Of a DNA stretch of 43,308 bases, positions 1 to 9,800 are shown piece after piece. The first letter of the stretch is position 1; every line of letters begins with the position of its first letter. The notes under the pieces are model-generated. The model did not search any database. It was given only the letters and a program-made list of their open reading frames with translations, and was not told where the DNA came from. This DNA comes from a virus (taxonomy: Duplodnaviria > Caudoviricetes), in IMG/VR virus record IMGVR_UViG_3300048998_000214, positions 1 through 43,308 of that record; one strand, 5' to 3'. Made by a program: the position numbers and the translations under genes.

Positions 1-352
1 CTCAGCGTCATCCAAGCAGAGAGTTGCCATGGCATCCCCCGTTGCGGCGACGTGATCTGCCGCAAGGCAACAGCGGTGATTACGATTGCTGCAGCGAGCG
101 CGCTGCCATCGGCGCTGACGACCGAGCGCCCGTAGACTGAGGCGGGAAGCATTGCGATGGCGGCAAGCGCCCAGCCGAGCTGCGGCGAGATCGCTATTGA
201 ATAGGCGATCAGTGCGGTGAGAACAGCGAGACCGCCAAAGCGCATCAGATAGAACGTGCTCAGGAAATCGAGGTCGAGCAGACGGGCAACCAGTGCCGCT
301 GCTGCCTGCGGCAGGTACGCGACAGGCGAATAGCCTTCCGATCCACCATAGG
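1..352 (-). pseudogene. Host gene fragment: DUF2142-like integral membrane protein, 5' part removed at the phage end, runs off the window
   Basis: My translation from 350 to the window edge is open: YGGSEGYSPVAYLPQAAAALVARLLDLDFLSTFYLMRFGGLAV...AMLPASVYGRSVVSADG; the YSPxxYLPQA and SAD motifs resemble DUF2142 proteins. The frame abuts the phage TG at 353. Confidence 0.65.
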
Positions 353-417
353 TGTAGCCGGACACATGATTTCGGAGTCGTGCCCACTTGATTTTGTAGC
401 GCGCGAATTCAGTGCCG
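353..417 (+). repeat. Phage right end (attR-like): terminal TG plus transposase-binding-like sites
   Basis: TGTAGCC, then GGACACATGATTTCGGAG (360-377) and GCCCACTTGATTTTGTAG (382-399) in tandem at a 22-bp period; weak inverted third copy at 400-417 (about 10/18 match), resembling Mu R1/R2/R3. Confidence 0.85.
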
Positions 418-612
418 CGGCCCCTTCTGGTCGATCGTCGCTCTGAAGCCGGAGGGTAGTTGCGGCGGCTCCTCGGTGTTGCACGCGAGGCATGGCATCC
501 CCGGCATCCCGCATCGACATCCTCTCTCCCCTGACCCTTCCATCGGCCGATCGGGATGGGCCTCGCACACCCACCGCGTGTCGTCGCAGGCGGAGCATTT
601 CGGCATGATCAC
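409..612 (-). CDS. Small Cys/His-rich putative zinc-binding protein
   Basis: CSAC...CEAH...CRC...CLAC in 67 aa; start may be the ATG at 606. Confidence 0.65.
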   Translation of the reverse strand: MIMPKCSACDDTRWVCEAHPDRPMEGSGERGCRCGMPGMPCLACNTEEPPQLPSGFRATIDQKGPRH

Positions 613-625
613 CCCGAACCTTCCG

Positions 626-799
626 TCAGGGAGCCGGCCGCGCTGCCAGGCGCTTGAGTTGCTCTGGGTCGGTGATCTGGGAGGTCTCGATCACCTGCCG
701 GATGGCTGCCTCGGCGGTGGGTGCTCGCACGGTGCCATAGGCATGAGCTGAGCTGCCCTTAATCCGGGTCACCACCCATTTCTTTTCGCTTTTTGACAT
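626..799 (-). CDS. 57-aa hypothetical protein (not in ORF track)
   Basis: My translation: MSKSEKKWVVTRIKGSSAHAYGTVRAPTAEAAIRQVIETSQITDPEQLKRLAARPAP; fills the gap between the methylase remnant and the zinc-finger gene. Confidence 0.6.
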   Translation of the reverse strand: MSKSEKKWVVTRIKGSSAHAYGTVRAPTAEAAIRQVIETSQITDPEQLKRLAARPAP

Positions 800-829
800 G
801 CCCTGAATCTGTGCTCCACCCCAGCGGAA

Positions 830-1013
830 TCAAGGTCCGCGCCCGTTGCTGGCATTGGTGATGATCAGCTCGCGGGCCGCGCTGCGCGGTCCTCTGGACA
901 CCCGTGTAGGTCAGCCGCACATGGCTCAATTTGAGGCCGGCGAAGATCTCCCGCACCTTTGGATGGTCGTTGAAGGTCAGAATGAAGCGGCCTCGAAGGC
1001 CCTTCAAAAGCCG
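830..1013 (-). pseudogene. C-terminal remnant of a D12-class DNA adenine methyltransferase, frameshifted
   Basis: LLKGLRGRFILTFNDHPKVREIFAGLKLSHVRLTYT; removing one base in the run at 901-903 continues as VSRGPRSAARELIITN, the typical Dam-family C-terminus. No N-terminal or DPPY portion is present. Confidence 0.75.
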
Positions 1014-1108
1014 CTGCGGCGCGCGAGGAATATCCGGTGATCGCCTCGCCTTGCGGATAGCCGATTTAGGAGGTACCCAATCTAATTCTGCAACTGGGGG
1101 TTCTCAGA

Positions 1109-2245
1109 ATGTCCATTGAGGCCATCGCGGCTCCAGCCGCGCCTACTCTTGTGGTCCCGCGCTACTTGCGACTTCCTGCGATCTTCGCCGCTTGCCTCGT
1201 GATCGCGACCGTGGTGCCGTTCTTCGCGGGTGCGCTCAGCGGGCAATACAAGGGCTCCTATGTTCCGCTGCAATGGACGATCACGCTGTTGGCGACGATC
1301 CATGTGCCGATGACGCTCTATCTGCTATTCGATGCCAGGGTACGCGAGCGCATGTATCAGCAGCCGTTGCTACTGATCGGCGTGCCAATCCTGCTCATCG
1401 GCATCAGCCTGTTTGCTTTCAGCTACCTCGGTGCCCTGATGCCGGAAGGCAGGAACTGGCCGCTGGTCTATCTGCTTTGCGCCATGACGGTCTGGCAGAC
1501 TTGGCATTTCGGCAAGCAGAACCTTGGAGTCTATTCGTTCATGCGGATCGCGCAGTCCGCCGGCAGCATGGCTAAGATTGACCGTCATATGATCATCGGC
1601 GGTGCGACCCTCGGTGCCATAAGCGGCGTGCTGTCGATGTCGATTTACACGAGCTACGCCCCGCAATCGGACCTGGGCTTTTTGAGCGCCCACAACGACG
1701 TGATCTTTATGATTGGATCGTGGCTGCAATACGCGCTCGCCGCAGCATCGGTCGTCTATGTGGTGCTGCGGTATCGCAAGTTCACACTAGGGACCGGACT
1801 AATCTTTCTGCTTTCCGTGAACTTTTTTCTGCCGACATATCTGACCGGGGATGCGCGAGCATTCTCCAATGTGTTTGCCTGTAGTGCGCTCGGTCATGGG
1901 ACTCAGTATTGCGTGTTCCTGGCCTTCCATGCTGGAGGTCATGACAGCGGCGAGATCGGCCCAAGACGATGGGTGATGCCTGTTATCTTGATCCTCGTCA
2001 CGGCGCTGACCTCAGAACTATTTATCCTGCATTGGATCGTACCGGAGTTCTGGGTCGGCAGCGTGATCGCCAGATTGATTGGCTATGGCAGCGGCGGGTC
2101 GCTTTGGCTTGGACTGGTGATCGGGGTAACGCTGGTGCATTTCTGGCTGGACTCGTTCTTATGGCGGTTCAAAGATTCGACCGCGCGAACCTGGATGATG
2201 CAACGGTATGCATTCCTTTTTCCTATCAAACGTAATGTTCAATGA
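1109..2245 (+). CDS. Multi-pass membrane protein with four His-containing motifs (accessory gene)
   Basis: 378 aa, about 9-10 hydrophobic segments; IHVPMT, WHFGKQN, GHGTQY, VHFWLD; opposite strand to late genes; visibly more AT-rich. Confidence 0.85.
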   Translation: MSIEAIAAPAAPTLVVPRYLRLPAIFAACLVIATVVPFFAGALSGQYKGSYVPLQWTITLLATIHVPMTLYLLFDARVRERMYQQPLLLIGVPILLIGISLFAFSYLGALMPEGRNWPLVYLLCAMTVWQTWHFGKQNLGVYSFMRIAQSAGSMAKIDRHMIIGGATLGAISGVLSMSIYTSYAPQSDLGFLSAHNDVIFMIGSWLQYALAAASVVYVVLRYRKFTLGTGLIFLLSVNFFLPTYLTGDARAFSNVFACSALGHGTQYCVFLAFHAGGHDSGEIGPRRWVMPVILILVTALTSELFILHWIVPEFWVGSVIARLIGYGSGGSLWLGLVIGVTLVHFWLDSFLWRFKDSTARTWMMQRYAFLFPIKRNVQ

Positions 2246-4619
2246 CGGTGATGCGGCCGTTGCTCCCCGTGCCGCCGGCAGCGCCGCCAGTTCCCGCCGA
2301 TCCTGCCGTTCCCGCCGCACCGACGCTGTAGGAGTAGGTTGCGGCCGGTGCATTGATGATATGATAGACATAGCCACCGGCCGCGCCGCCGCCGCCAGCA
2401 TTCGCGGTCGTGGCTCCCCCACCGCCGCCGCCCGAGCCGCTGTTTACAGCGGCCCCGACGCCCGCTCCAGCGACACCACCGCCAGCACCGCCGCCCCCGT
2501 AAAATGAATTGCCGCCGGCCGCACCGCGGTTTGGCACGGTGCCATCTGCGCCGTTGGCGCCCCCGCCAACCTGATTGATAATGCCGCCGGAAGCTGCGCC
2601 ACCTACGACAACCGCCGCGGAACTTGTGGACCCTGCACTCCCGCCAGTGCCGGTCAGCGTGCCAAAAGTCGTGTTACCGCCCGCGGTGCCGTTGCCGGCG
2701 CCCGAACCAGAGCCGCCACCGCCACCGCCGCCGCCAACCAAGTGTATCTCGATCGAGAGTACGTTGGCTGGCTTGGTATACGTGCCAGAGCCAGCCAGGA
2801 ATGTCTGTGTGGTCGGTTGTGTCAGTAATGCGGCTAGGTTGCTTGGCGTGACGGCGCGCTGCGTATCGGCAAGGGCCTTTGTCTCGGCATCGGTGGCGAG
2901 TTCGACCGGTCCCTTGGCCGTTGTTGATGCTGTTTGCAGAATCTTATTCGTGCCTGTCCCGCCGTCGGTGATGGTCGGCGGCCCGCCGTTGCCCGAAATA
3001 GTGTAGTTATCACTCGTGCCCGCAGCGACGGTTATCGAGCAGCCCGAAAAATGGTTGTTCGTGATAAAGAAGTTCGACGTATTGGCCGCCAGAGCAACAG
3101 TCAACACGGCGAGCGCCACGTTGCCATCGACTATAGTGACCCCAAACGGGGCAGAGACGTTGATGTCACCCCCAAGAGTGCAGCCGCGAATTGTGCACGT
3201 CGTTCCGGCGACAAGATCAACGGTCGAATTCAACACACAATCGGTGAGGTTTGTATAAGACCCTCCAGCCGCGTCGACAACGATGCTGTGGGCGTAACCG
3301 GCTCCGGTGAAATCGGTTTGGACGAAGTGATTCTCGCCTGCGCCGGTCGCGATGCGACAACCGGCAAAATCAACCGGTGCCAGCAATAGCCATGTCACGG
3401 TGCCGTCAATGATTGGCGCACCGTAGTTCTTTAGAGACGGTGGAGAACCGCCGCTAGTCCCGGCCACGGAACATTGGATCAGATAGCCGCTGAGTGAGCG
3501 CACTTGGCCGAGGGTATAGGCAGTGGTGTTCGCCCGAGCCGCGTAGGGTGGAGAGCCGGAAATGCCGATGCCCGTTGCCGAGTGATCAAATATGTTTCGC
3601 ACATACCAGTTTGCGCCGGTCGTATAGACATTGGCGGGTCCATACGCGTTGGCCGCATTGACGTTATGAATGGTGCAGTCGGTTCCGGTAATCTCCAACG
3701 CATAGTAGCCGTACCAGACACGGAGATTGTTGGCGTGACCGGAAAGTTTCAGCGCGCTTTTGGTCGCCCCGAAAGTTTCTGCGGCCCCGAAGTTCGAGCC
3801 CTTGCCGTAAATACTCAGATGCTCAATCCACGAGTGCGAGCTTCCGAGCGTGACCACGTTCACATCGGCGGCACCGCAGAACAAGACAGTGCCGTTAATT
3901 CCAGCGCCGATGATTCGGATCGAATCGATAGTGGTGATGCCTCCCGACAGCAGAAAGAAACCAGCCGTCGTATAGAGCGTGCCACCAGTGACGGCTGACG
4001 TTTGCAGATAGTTGATTGCATTTTGGGCGGGTGTCGTATCGTCAGTCCCATCGCCCTTCGCGCCGAACTGTCTCCAGTTGGCGGACCCCTCCTGCACATA
4101 CTCGAACCATATGCCGTCCGCCGACTGCACCTTGCCGGCGTGCGAGGGTGCCGACGAGACGCGCTTGTAGAGGGCGCCGCCGCCGTCGCCGACCGCATAG
4201 TAACCGGCGGTTCGGATATAGGTCAGCGACGCATTGGTCCCGACCGTGAGCATTGCGATGGCCGCGCGCGACTCCAGCGTCGTGACGTTGGTCGGCACAT
4301 TGATGGCCTGCCAGACGCCGTTCTCCAGCGCGAGGAAAGTCATCGCTTGGCCGGGAGCGGCTTGAATGGTCGAGCTGCTGGCCCCCGGATAAAGCAGATA
4401 AGATGAAAGGACGATTTGCGGCGAGCCTAAAAACAACAGTGTGATCTGCGCGCCCGGCTGCAATGGCGCGATCCGCTTGATCGTGGCGTTGCCCTCGACC
4501 ACATAGAACGTGCCGCGCGCGGCCGAGAGCGCCAGCTCGGCTTGCGCCGCGATCTTGCCGCCGAAGCCATCGACCGGCGGATAGGACGGATGCAGCGGAA
4601 ACGAAGCAAACTTGTTCAT
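2226..4619 (-). CDS. Tail spike / receptor-binding protein with pectate-lyase-like beta-helix and Gly-rich C-terminus
   Basis: FGAKGDGTDDT...AI motif that typically starts a beta-helix, GYYAVGDGGGALY head motif, ASTTAKGPVELATDAE fibre repeat, Gly-rich tail; end of the tail module. Confidence 0.8.
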   Translation of the reverse strand: MNKFASFPLHPSYPPVDGFGGKIAAQAELALSAARGTFYVVEGNATIKRIAPLQPGAQITLLFLGSPQIVLSSYLLYPGASSSTIQAAPGQAMTFLALENGVWQAINVPTNVTTLESRAAIAMLTVGTNASLTYIRTAGYYAVGDGGGALYKRVSSAPSHAGKVQSADGIWFEYVQEGSANWRQFGAKGDGTDDTTPAQNAINYLQTSAVTGGTLYTTAGFFLLSGGITTIDSIRIIGAGINGTVLFCGAADVNVVTLGSSHSWIEHLSIYGKGSNFGAAETFGATKSALKLSGHANNLRVWYGYYALEITGTDCTIHNVNAANAYGPANVYTTGANWYVRNIFDHSATGIGISGSPPYAARANTTAYTLGQVRSLSGYLIQCSVAGTSGGSPPSLKNYGAPIIDGTVTWLLLAPVDFAGCRIATGAGENHFVQTDFTGAGYAHSIVVDAAGGSYTNLTDCVLNSTVDLVAGTTCTIRGCTLGGDINVSAPFGVTIVDGNVALAVLTVALAANTSNFFITNNHFSGCSITVAAGTSDNYTISGNGGPPTITDGGTGTNKILQTASTTAKGPVELATDAETKALADTQRAVTPSNLAALLTQPTTQTFLAGSGTYTKPANVLSIEIHLVGGGGGGGGSGSGAGNGTAGGNTTFGTLTGTGGSAGSTSSAAVVVGGAASGGIINQVGGGANGADGTVPNRGAAGGNSFYGGGGAGGGVAGAGVGAAVNSGSGGGGGGATTANAGGGGAAGGYVYHIINAPAATYSYSVGAAGTAGSAGTGGAAGGTGSNGRITVIEHYV

Positions 4620-5005
4620 CAGAAATCACCGCCGAACGCGAAGGCGTTGAAGCTCTCGGCATTGTGGGTCGATACCCGCAAAGTCCAGCCGTTCGGGATC
4701 GGCAAGCCGTCCGGGAATGTGATCTCGCCCGACCATGCCTCGATCAAGGTCGAGGGCGTGATGGCTTCGACCAGCTTCTCGCGGATCAATCGCTTGTTGG
4801 CGGAATTATCCTGCATGAACAGCCGGATGACTCCAGCTGTAGTCGCACCTCGTGCTTGCACTCGCACGCGGTCAACGCGGCTGCCAATGGAGCCGCCCGA
4901 CACTAGGTCTTCGAGCGTGCCGGTGCCGTCGCGATTGGCGTTCGCAGTGGCGAGCACCTGGTGCCAGGTTTTCGGGGTGCCGACGTAAACAGAACTAGCA
5001 GCCAT
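4619..5005 (-). CDS. Tail-fibre-associated hypothetical protein
   Basis: 128 aa, beta-rich, coupled to the spike gene by a 1-bp overlap. Confidence 0.75.
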   Translation of the reverse strand: MAASSVYVGTPKTWHQVLATANANRDGTGTLEDLVSGGSIGSRVDRVRVQARGATTAGVIRLFMQDNSANKRLIREKLVEAITPSTLIEAWSGEITFPDGLPIPNGWTLRVSTHNAESFNAFAFGGDF

Positions 5006-5018
5006 GGAAGATGTCCTT

Positions 5019-5261
5019 TCAGCTGTTGTAGAGCCAGTTGACGAAGTTGACGGTGTTGCCGGCGGTAAGCGCCGCGATCTGCGCCTGCACGTAAGGCTCG
5101 GTCGCCAGCGCGACGAAGTTGCCGGCGCCGGTGCCGAGCATGATCACGACGCGCGAATTCGTCAGGTCGTAGACCAGCTCATAAGGGATGCCGGCGCCGG
5201 CGTTGTAGGCGGCGATCTGCACCGCGGTGCCATAGCCGAGGCCGAACTGCGTATGACTCAT
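5019..5261 (-). CDS. Small tail-fibre-associated protein
   Basis: 80 aa; ATGA overlap with the upstream fibre gene; ELVYDLTNSRVVI resembles fibre N-terminal modules. Confidence 0.65.
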   Translation of the reverse strand: MSHTQFGLGYGTAVQIAAYNAGAGIPYELVYDLTNSRVVIMLGTGAGNFVALATEPYVQAQIAALTAGNTVNFVNWLYNS

Positions 5262-6616
5262 GCGATGGCTCCACAGCTGAAGGATGCGACGACGCTATCG
5301 GCGACCGAGCCCATGCTGCCGACCGGCACGCTGGCGCCTATCGGCGTCGGCCCGGCCCAATCACCGCTGGTGTTCGAGGCTTTCACGTACAGCCGGAACG
5401 GCGCCACGTCGGTTTGCAGGAAGGCGAAGCCGGTCGGCTGGTTGTCGTAGGTGACGCGCTCCGTGAGCGTGCCGCTGGCGCCGTAAGTGAATCCTTGACC
5501 CGCTGCGCCTGGAGGGCCGGGCGGTCCAGTCAGCGCTCGTCCCGCCGGCCAGACGCCGCCAGATTTCGGGCCGTAGATCGTGTTGGTGTCGGTCGCGATA
5601 TAGAAATCTTCTTCGGCGCCGATAACGCCGCTCGGTGGACCGGCGTTGTAGCGAATGGTCTTGCCATTGAGGCCGGCTTGGCCGGTTGCTCCCGCAGCAC
5701 CGCTGCCGCCGGAGGGGCCGACCATATTGGTGCCGGCCGGCCACGCACCACCAGCCTTCGGGCCATAGAGAAAATGCGTGTCGGTCGCGACATAGAAATT
5801 CCCATCGACGCCCAAGCTGTTGGTGGGAGCGCCCGTGTTGTAAAGAACGGTATTGCCGGCCACACCTTGCGGGCCGACCAGCGAAACGCCTGCCGGCCAC
5901 ACGCCCGCGGCCTTCGGCCCGTAAAGCGTGTTGGTGCTGGTCGCCAGATAGAAGTCGCCATTGACGCCGAGAACGTTGGAGGGCGCGCCGGGACCGTTGA
6001 GCACCTGGTTGCCGGTATCGCCCTTGTCACCCTTGGCCCCGAGCAGGGTCCAGTCGGATGGATTGGAGGTCGGCGGCTTGTTGAGATTGACGCTGTTCGA
6101 GAGGTAGGCGGTGCCGGCCGACGTGACGATATCGTTGATCGCGTAAGTCGTGACTGACGACCACGCGAAACGGTTGGTCACGCCGATCGGCGTTCCCTGT
6201 AGTACCCAGACTCCGGCGACTTTGAGCCACTGCTTCCAGTTTCCTGTATTGGTTTTCAGCGCATATTGACCGTCTTCACCAAGGCCTGGATCAGGCTCAG
6301 TACCGGTCACCGACCAGATCACGCCAAGGCCAGAGGTCGCGGCGAGAAAATCGCGCAGCTGCTTGGTCGCCTGCAAGGACGATTGTGGAATCTGCGCCAG
6401 CCGATAGGCCGAGCCGCTGATTAGCGGGCCTTGCCACGCCGGGATCGTCAGATGCGTGTCGTCGACGATCGCGTCAACGAATCCGACATACGGGCCGACC
6501 ACCAGCAGGTTGGCCTGATTGGCGAGCGGCGACCAGAAGGTGCCGGCACCGATCACTGTCGTTGCGCCAACCGCAATCGAGATCGTGCCGGTGAAGTAGA
6601 CGTTGGGCCAGGACAT
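5258..6616 (-). CDS. Collagen-like tail fibre protein with internal repeats
   Basis: Gly-X-Y runs (GAKGDKGDTG, GPPGPPGAAG), three ~50-aa repeats, and a carbohydrate-binding-like WSSVTTYAINDIVT segment. Confidence 0.8.
   Translation of the reverse strand: MSWPNVYFTGTISIAVGATTVIGAGTFWSPLANQANLLVVGPYVGFVDAIVDDTHLTIPAWQGPLISGSAYRLAQIPQSSLQATKQLRDFLAATSGLGVIWSVTGTEPDPGLGEDGQYALKTNTGNWKQWLKVAGVWVLQGTPIGVTNRFAWSSVTTYAINDIVTSAGTAYLSNSVNLNKPPTSNPSDWTLLGAKGDKGDTGNQVLNGPGAPSNVLGVNGDFYLATSTNTLYGPKAAGVWPAGVSLVGPQGVAGNTVLYNTGAPTNSLGVDGNFYVATDTHFLYGPKAGGAWPAGTNMVGPSGGSGAAGATGQAGLNGKTIRYNAGPPSGVIGAEEDFYIATDTNTIYGPKSGGVWPAGRALTGPPGPPGAAGQGFTYGASGTLTERVTYDNQPTGFAFLQTDVAPFRLYVKASNTSGDWAGPTPIGASVPVGSMGSVADSVVASFSCGAIA
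5516..6013 (-). repeat. Three ~50-aa coding repeats in the fibre gene
   Basis: Consensus G-x-P-x4-G-x3-(D/N)FY-x-AT-x-T-x3-YGPK-x2-G-x-WPAG-x4-GP-x-G, present three times. Confidence 0.9.
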
Positions 6617-6620
6617 TTTT

Positions 6621-6851
6621 TTAGGTCACGCCCTCCTGATCAGAACCAGCAGGCATGAGCTCACCGGTTGCGAGATCGACATGCGTCTCATTCATATGCG
6701 GCCGCCGCTCGATCATCACCAAAGTATGCTCGTCTGGAATCGGAATCCGCTGCACGTTGTCCGGCTGCACGATGTACCAGGCGGCGATCTTGCCTTCGGC
6801 GTCGATCACCGCATGGACGGGATCGGACGAGACGATTTCCAGTGTGCTCAT
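6621..6851 (-). CDS. Small tail-associated hypothetical protein
   Basis: 76 aa; ATGA overlap with the tail-tip gene. Confidence 0.7.
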   Translation of the reverse strand: MSTLEIVSSDPVHAVIDAEGKIAAWYIVQPDNVQRIPIPDEHTLVMIERRPHMNETHVDLATGELMPAGSDQEGVT

Positions 6852-9800
6852 CGCTTCGCCTCCAGCGAAATCAATGTCGAGGGCACGGTAATCGGCCCCG
6901 GCGTGCCGACCGTGAGTGGCTGCGCTATAAGTTGAATGGTGTGATTGCCGACGGCCGGGACGATGACAGTCGAGACATGAAATGTCCCCTCCACGTCAAC
7001 GCCGACCCGCATGTTGGAAAGAGCGCCGCCACCGAAGGAGGAGGTCCCGGTAATGCTTCCCCGCATGCGCGCAGGGACCCTTGCGCTCGCCAGCGGCGTG
7101 CCGTCCATGAACATGGCGAGGATTACGTCGTACTGCTGAACGTTGTCGGCGGCGCTACTTATGCTTCCCGACTCAAAGGTAACGGAGCCTTCCAAGAAGG
7201 TTTTGCCGCCCGATGATGTGATCGGCAGCGCCAGTAACTGTTGCGCCGCGCCGTCATACCATGCGAAAGAGCCGTTCCCCGCGGCCGCATCCATGCGGGT
7301 GGCGGCATCGGCAACCAGATTGTTGGTGGTGATGCTGTCGGCCGTAAGATGCCTGGCAGCGACGGAGCCATCGAAGAATGCGTCTCCGCGAAAGCCAAGA
7401 GCAGGCGCGCCGTTGATCAAGCCGACGCTGAACGGCGGCAGGTCGGTGTAGCCGGTGAGCGAAATCTGGAACACGTCGGCCCTGAACCGAACGCCGGCAA
7501 GAGTCCCGTCGCTCGCCAGCTGCATGCTGGCGATGTGACCGTCGGCGTCAACCGACAGCCCATAGAACGCCGCCATCCGCCCGTTGATCTGAATGATGGC
7601 GTTCTGGCTGGTGATGATCGAGGCGCTGTGGCTGCCGAGCGTGGCGCTGGTCGTGGTCTGGAACGACGTGAAAACACCGTTCAGGTTGGCGAACGCGTCG
7701 GCATTGATCGTGATGCGCGAGCTGTGATCGCCGAGCGTTGCGTTGACCGCGACCCGGAATGACCCGAAGGCGGTGTCGAGCGTCGATATGGCGGTGGCGT
7801 TTATATCGACTCTCGCAATCACGTCCGCGAACTGCGTCGTGACCGTGATCCGATAATTCGCGAAGGCGCCGTCGAGATCGGCAATGGCGCTGGCGTTGAG
7901 GTCGACGAGCGCGCTCAGATCGTGGAACTGCACGCTGACCGTGATGCGATAGGCTGCAAAGCTACCGTCAAGCGCGGCCAGCGCGGTCGTGGTCGTCTGC
8001 ACCTGCGCTTTGGTGGTATCAAGATCGTCCTCGACCGTGACGATGTGGGTGTTAAGCGCGGCGCGCGTCTCCCACTGCGTCTTCTTGACCGAAGTCTTGT
8101 CGAGCCAATTGGCGGCATCTTGGCGACCGACCACCTCGCCGACAAAATCCTCGATGCTCTGCAGCCGATCGCTGTACTCCTGGAATTTCTTCAGCACCTC
8201 GGTGGTCAACGACGCCGGCTCGACCAGGATGTTGGGCGTCAACACGTCGAGCCAGTTTGACCACAACACCGGCCGCGGCGATGCCGGCCGATATTGTCCG
8301 CGCGCCTGGTAGAGCGTGTTCGGCAGCAGGTTTTGGCTCACCACCAGCGCGCCGATCGCCAGCACGTTGGCGTCCTTGTCGTCGCGCAGCACCACGTCGC
8401 TGGTGGCCTTGACCCGCACCTCGAAGCGAATGCCGTCGACGTCGTGCGTGTTCGGGTCCCAGCCGATCAGGATCGCGGGTTTCGAGAATGCGCCGGCGGT
8501 GATGGTGTAGGGATCGGCGAACCAGTCGATGATCGGCTGCGCCGGCGGGCGCAATATCTGAATCGTGCCGTCGACCACCGGCTGTTCGTCGGTGGCCGCA
8601 TGCCAGTCGTAAGCGTTCGGGTCGAGCTCCCTGACCGCCAGCGCCATGTTGAGGTTCGGCAGATCATCGGCGGAGACGATCTCGAAGGTCTTGTTGACAT
8701 AGCCGTTGCGCGTCGAGCTCCAGGAGACGACATCGAGCGGCTCCAGCACGAAGGCTTCCGGCGGCATCGGCAGCGCGTGCCGGCGAAACGCGCGCTGCTC
8801 GTCGCGCGCCGATTTCATCAAGCGCTGCACGCGCGTGCCGGAGGTCACCACGTTGTAGACGACGTTGACCGATTGCCGGCGCCCGCCGTCGAGTGCCTCC
8901 AGCGCGCTGCTCTGCAGCGGCGGCGCATCCTTGACGTTCCAGGCCTCGGCCGGGCTGACATATTTCGCGGTCACATGATTGATGACCTGGCCGAGGCTCG
9001 GGAACGGATCGAACGTTTGCGGCTCGGTCGACAGAATGTCGGCATCGGTGAACGAGAACACCGCGGCCCCGGCCGCGCCGGCGCGCACCTTATAGGTGCC
9101 GCCGATCTCGGCGAGCTTGCCGTTGCATCCCTTGAGCAGCTCGTCGAGCATGTCGGCCGGCTGCACGTCGAGACGGATCTCCGCGCCGCCGGCAAATTGC
9201 GGTTCGGTGCCGCCGCCTGCGAGATCGATCGGCACGTCGCATTCGCTCGCCGCCGCCGTCCACGATGCGAACGGCAGCTGCGGACCGGTCACGGTCTGCG
9301 CGCCATAGAGCCACTGCCCGGCATAGGAAATGCCGCGCAGGATGTTCTCGCTGATCACGATGAGGTTGCTGGTCAGCACCCAGGTCGATTGATCTGTTAA
9401 GCGCTGCGGACCAGAACCGCCGGCGGTGGAGTCAAAACGTCGGTCATAAAACGGCACGCCATCGAGCACGAATTTGCAGGCCGGAAAGCCGGAGAACAGT
9501 TCCTGATCGACCAGCGCGGTCACCACCGCATAGGCGACGCCCGTGCCGATGCGGCGATCGGTGTAGGGCCGGTCGGGGTCGCTGCCGAACAACGCGACCA
9601 GGCGCGCGTCGGCGGTCGTTTGCCGGCCGTCGTAGAAGCGCACCCACAGATGGTCCGCGCCGCCGGACGCGTATTCCGGAATCGCAATGCCTTCTGTCGC
9701 CGGCGTCGCGCCCGGATTCCAGGTGACCGGCTCCCCGCCAACCAGCAGCCCGGCGAGGCCGGTCACCGGAATGTCGGACAGCGCGATCACCTGCACGAAG

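Noticed and set aside
36-40. Possible frameshift in the DUF2142-like fragment at the C run
   Set aside because: The run has five C's, which keeps the frame open (QRGMPWQLSAWMTL).
347-352. Possible target-site duplication CATAGG versus GCCAGG (42894-42899)
   Set aside because: Only AGG is shared and the flanking genes differ, so it is not a duplication.
409-612. Com-like translational activator
   Set aside because: The Cys spacing does not match Com, and it lies downstream rather than upstream of the methylase remnant.
2575-3006. Pro-rich + strand ORF
   Set aside because: It is the antisense shadow of the Gly-rich end of the tail spike.
5516-6013. Repeats in the fibre gene as a CRISPR array or DGR template/variable repeats
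   Set aside because: They are degenerate in-frame protein repeats; there is no reverse transcriptase or cas gene, and differences are not adenine-specific.
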